A DNA stretch of 61,848 nucleotides, counting the filler, from a candidate division TA06 bacterium SM23_40 (lineage in GTDB: Bacteria; LJUI01; SM1-40): NCBI GenBank assembly GCA_001303705.1. It is 4 parts of 4 records of this genome, joined end to end, with 100 filler letters (N's around TTAATTAATTAA, not from the genome) between each part and the next. Parts side by side here need not be neighbours in the genome. Positions count along the whole stretch, not along the records: positions 52,352 to 61,848 come from LJUI01000109.1; 3 more parts are not named here. One strand, 5' to 3'. The position numbers and the translations under genes are program-made. Position 1 is the first letter of the stretch, and the number at the start of each line of letters is the position of its first letter. This document shows, in pieces, positions 59,401 through 61,848 of the stretch. The notes beneath the pieces are model-generated. The model saw only the letters and a list, made by a program, of their open reading frames with translations, was not told where the DNA came from and did not search any database.

Positions 59401-59661
59401 CTGGAGGCGACCATATCCGAGGTGGTGGATGAGAACTGCGACGGGTGCGCCTACTGCATCGATCCTTGCCCGTACAACGCGCTGTCGCTGATCGAATACA
59501 TGTATGAAGGGAGTATCAAGAAGGGCATAGAACGAGATGCAGCGCTCTGTAAGGGCTGCGGCGTTTGTCAGGCAACATGCCCCAAGAAGGGCATATACAT
59601 CCGCAGCTTCAGGCTGGAGCAGTTGAGCGCGATGGTAGACGCTGCTTTGGAGGTAGCCTAA
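56416..59661 (+). CDS. hdrA: HdrA-like flavoprotein fused to an N-terminal NuoG/HydA-type [2Fe-2S] plus 2x[4Fe-4S] module
   Basis: IPTLC..GACRVC..ASC; CILCGLCARVC; two IQCVGSR..YCS.VCC modules; GVFVCHCG; VIGGGMAG; EAHMKLRPVDF; C-terminal 2x[4Fe-4S]. Confidence 0.88.
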   Translation: MVRLTINGIEVEVEKGSTVIEAAEKLGIKIPTLCHHKSLEPYGACRVCLVELETPRGSKIEASCVYPAQEGLVVKTDTERVLKTRRMMVELLLARCPDAVALKQLASSLGLEDTRFPKKNEDCILCGLCARVCQERMGVGAVTFLNRGADRKISTPYDKHSPICMACGACQVVCPVDVVDLSKVTLREPRPILADYDAGLAPRSSIYVPFPQAIPKVATIDPHTCMHLLNDVCRSCENFCDAGAIDFDQEDQTEEIDVGAVILAPGFEQFNPELKKEFGYGRYPNVISSLQFERILSASGPYVGKVLRPSDLKHPNRIAWIQCVGSREVDRNYCSSVCCMYATKEAVIAKEHEPDLECTIFYIDMRAYGKGFDAYYNRAKELGVRYVRCSPSSIKEVAENNNLKITYQGEDGERVTEEFDMVVLSTGLGPPQDAHDLVRMYGIDLNQHGFAATQGLAPVETSRPGVYVCGPFAGPKDIPETVMEASASASKAMALLAEARGSLIRGKEYPPEKDVTGQEPRIGVFVCHCGKNIGGVADVPSVVEYARTLPDVVYAEDNLYTCSTDTQEGIKQMIAEHDLNRVVVASCSPRTHEPLFRNTCREAGLNEYLFEMANIRDQCTWVHMREPEKATQKSKDLLRMAVAKARTLEPLHKSSLKVNNAALVIGGGMAGMTAALNLADQGFQVHLVEKEEELGGNFRHIHSLLNGGNPQQTLTQTIERIEFHPRITVYVGSTLSEVEGSVGNFTSTISRNGTQKRVGHGVAIVATGATEYEPTEYLYGEHPRVLTQVTLEEWISSNRVELQELKSVVMIQCVGSRDEERPYCSRVCCSQAVKNALALKKLRPDMAVTVLYRDIRTYGLYEQYYREARERGVRFIRYEEDRKPRVSSSDGGLRVSTLDPVLNATVHIDCDMVVLAAAIVPRGDTEEVSKLFKVALNQDRYFLEAHMKLRPVDFATDGVFMCGLAHCPKSVEESIAQADAAAARAATLLSKDEIALEATISEVVDENCDGCAYCIDPCPYNALSLIEYMYEGSIKKGIERDAALCKGCGVCQATCPKKGIYIRSFRLEQLSAMVDAALEVA

Positions 59662-59679
59662 GAAAGGACTCTGCGGGAT

Positions 59680-60096
59680 ATGGCGAACGAGGAACTCGAA
59701 CCGATCATCATCGCCTTCTGCTGTAACTGGTGTTCGTACGCAGGGGCCGATCTTGCAGGTGTGTCCCGAGTTCAATATCCTACGAATCTGCGGATCATCC
59801 GGGTCATGTGCTCCGGGATGGTGCATCCGAACCTGGTCATCGACGCGCTCACGAAAGGCGCCGATGGCGTCTTGATTTTGGGCTGTCATCCCGGAGATTG
59901 TCATTACCTCGAAGGCAATTTAAGAGCGGAGGGCCGAAAGGAAGCCATCGAGCTCATGCTGGAGGATTTCGGCGTGGAGCCCGAGCGATTCAGACTGGAA
60001 TGGGTGTCGGCGTCCGAGGGTCCGAGGTTCGCCGAGGTGGTTCGGGAGATGACCGAGACTGTTCGTGAGCTCGGCCCCAGCCCCTATAAGGCCTGA
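59680..60096 (+). CDS. mvhD: MvhD [2Fe-2S] subunit
   Basis: FCCNWCSYAGAD, RVMCSG, GCHPGDCHY, WVSASEG motifs. Confidence 0.95.
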   Translation: MANEELEPIIIAFCCNWCSYAGADLAGVSRVQYPTNLRIIRVMCSGMVHPNLVIDALTKGADGVLILGCHPGDCHYLEGNLRAEGRKEAIELMLEDFGVEPERFRLEWVSASEGPRFAEVVREMTETVRELGPSPYKA

Positions 60097-60161
60097 GGCT
60101 CTGGCTGGGCTCCCCCTGTCTGAGGCTTTGGATAGCGGAGATCTTTCAAAGGATTCGAGAG

Positions 60162-60359
60162 ATGCCAGAGAGAGTGCGGTATTTCGAGGGCAAGAAATAC
60201 TTCTGGGACGGGGAACAGTACGACAGGGAGGAGAGCGCCAGGGCGAAGGAGAAGGAATACCGAGGCAAGAGTTTCGATGTGCGCGTCTGGCCGGAGGAGG
60301 GTACAGTGCTCCTCTACACGCGGAGGGTCGTTAAGGAGGTGGTAGTCGAGGGAGGTTGA
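60162..60359 (+). CDS. Small hypothetical protein
   Basis: 65 aa, co-directional within the operon; FEGKKYFWDG..LYTRRVV looks like a real protein. Confidence 0.65.
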   Translation: MPERVRYFEGKKYFWDGEQYDREESARAKEKEYRGKSFDVRVWPEEGTVLLYTRRVVKEVVVEGG

Positions 60360-60416
60360 GAAGAGGGGCTGGGTGGAAGGAGACGTGCGACAGCAACTGC
60401 TAGTGGCGCGAGGACA

Positions 60417-60827
60417 ATGAGTAGAGCTCGGATACTAGTCATCGATGATGATCCGGATTTCGTGGACGCCACGAAAGCGATCCTCGAGACGGGACAGTAC
60501 GAGGTGAGCTGCGCTTACAACGAGGACGAGGGGCTGAAACGCTTGGAGGAAGAGATCCCCGACCTCATCATCTTAGACATCATGATGAGGAGGTTCGCCG
60601 AAGGCTTTACCTTCGCACGGGGGATCAGGAAGGATCCACGCTACCAGAGGATACCCATCATCGTAGCGACATCGGTACGTGAACAGACGGGGTTCGATTT
60701 CCCGGGCGACCCCAAACACCCGAAGTTTTTCCCCATAGACGAATTCATGGAGAAGCCTCTCGAACCGCAGCTTCTCTTAGAGACAGTCGAGCGGCTACTT
60801 GCCGAGAAAGCCGACGATCCTGTGTAG
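60417..60827 (+). CDS. Single-domain response regulator
   Basis: ILVIDDD, PDLIILDIMM, IPIIVATS, FMEKP motifs. Confidence 0.9.
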   Translation: MSRARILVIDDDPDFVDATKAILETGQYEVSCAYNEDEGLKRLEEEIPDLIILDIMMRRFAEGFTFARGIRKDPRYQRIPIIVATSVREQTGFDFPGDPKHPKFFPIDEFMEKPLEPQLLLETVERLLAEKADDPV

Positions 60828-60861
60828 GTGATCGAGTCTCCGATAGAGGGAGGAGGGTATC

Positions 60862-61780
60862 ATGCCAGTAAAAGTGGCAGAAGAGTGGCTGAACATCTGT
60901 GGAGGATGTGAGGTCACGATCCTGGCTCGACTTTGTCCATATGCCCGTGTTGATGGACCACAAGTACTACGGGCAGACGGGGGAAGGAGAAAAGCTCGAA
61001 ATCCCCGAGGCGGATGTGGGGATCATCTCCGGAGGTGTCAGGAACGAGAAGGAGAAGCATGTCACCGAGGAGATGAGGAAGAAGTGCGGCACGCTGATTG
61101 CCCTCGGTTCATGTGCGTGCTACGGAGGGATCCCCGCCCTCGCGAACATGTTCCCTCTGGAGGCCCTGTATCAGAAGGTGTACAGGGAGTCGAAGACGAC
61201 GGAGCCCGGCGACACTCCTGCGGAGAACATCCCGCCGCTGCTGGACAGGGTGTACGGCGTCGATGAGATCGTCCCCGTGGATGTCTACATTCCAGGCTGT
61301 CCCACAAACCCCGATCTTATTGTCAAGGCACTGACTGCGCTCCTGGAGGGCAAGTCCTTCAAGCTTCCCGAGCGCAGCGTCTGTGACGAGTGTCCGCTGA
61401 AGCGCGAGAAGAAAGCAGCGGGCGGCGCGATCAAGAGGACCCTGGACTCGGTGGACTTCAAGCTTGGGGAACCCTACGAGCACACAAGGTGCTTCATGGA
61501 GCAGGGGTACCTGTGCCTGGGGCCCGTGACTCTGGCAGGCTGTGGCCACAAGGAGGGAGATAACGGTGTGACCGTCCCGCGTTGTATCAAGGGGCATATG
61601 CCGTGTCGTGGGTGTTTCGGTCCGATCCGCAAGGGCGCTAATCCCATGGTCGACATGATGAGCGCTATCTCATCGATCGGGCTGGACGCCAAGCAGGTAG
61701 AGGATAGGCGCGCTCTGTTGAACAGGTACATCGGCGCTCAGAATCGGCTCAGGCCGCTACCTGAGCGGCCCAAGAGATAG
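60862..61780 (+). CDS. mvhG: MvhG [NiFe]-hydrogenase small subunit; frameshift/deletion at about 60925
   Basis: Frame A MPVKVAEEWLNICGGCEVTIL (60862-60924) joins frame B LDFVHMPVLMD..GSCACYGG..PGCP..VCDEC..CLGP..PCRGCFG (60926-61780). Confidence 0.85.
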
Positions 61781-61792
61781 GGGGCTGGACAG

Positions 61793-61848
61793 ATGAGAAC
61801 GATCACGCTTGCTCCAGTAACCAGGATTGAGGGCCACGCCAAGGTTAC
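61793..61848 (+). CDS. mvhA: [NiFe]-hydrogenase large subunit (MvhA-like), 5' fragment
   Basis: MRTITLAPVTRIEGHAKV contains the RIEGH motif; follows mvhG; cut off by the window end. Confidence 0.85.
   Translation, partial: MRTITLAPVTRIEGHAKV

Noticed and set aside
53447-60096. Additional Sec codons in the redox genes (TGA stops at 53447, 54809, 56361, 60094)
   Set aside because: These TGAs fall at normal C-termini and not at Cys-motif positions; HdrA and MvhD are uninterrupted with Cys.

Overview
GC-rich bacterial DNA made of four contigs artificially joined by 100-nt N/TTAATTAATTAA linkers (segments 1-30138, 30239-41557, 41658-52251, 52352-61848), so adjacency across linkers means nothing. 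Gene content (FlgD-Ig/T9SS-like C-terminal domains, HdrA/Mvh, type IV pili) suggests an anaerobic diderm, probably from an FCB-like candidate lineage (inference). Segment 1 opens with a selenium locus that the ORF track splits. It holds tRNA-Sec (selC), a Sec-containing SelD (in-frame UGA, CAGU motif) and a signal-peptide-bearing Omp28-like thioredoxin-fold protein whose redox motif is U-T-G-C, with a SECIS-like hairpin after the UGA. Next come a paralogous secreted M28 peptidase, a TlpA-type thiol reductase and a DUF6029-like outer-membrane protein with a C-terminal CxxxxC. Together these look like an extracytoplasmic selenol/thiol redox relay, which is the main finding. The rest of segment 1 holds a transglutaminase-like protein plus ABC exporter, yqgF/ruvX, mltG, a large class III cyclase-like protein, a UvrD-nuclease fusion, rmuC, era and several hydrolases, with many degenerate intergenic tandem repeats. 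Segment 2 holds an NTPase, nadB and an envelope operon ending in an M6 protease. Segment 3 is a sigma54/PilSR-controlled type IV pilin locus flanked by two GT-C glycosyltransferases. Segment 4 has a GltD-like oxidoreductase, a DRTGG/CBS/PHP/kinase cassette, a NuoG-like::HdrA fusion and MvhD/G/A [NiFe]-hydrogenase genes.
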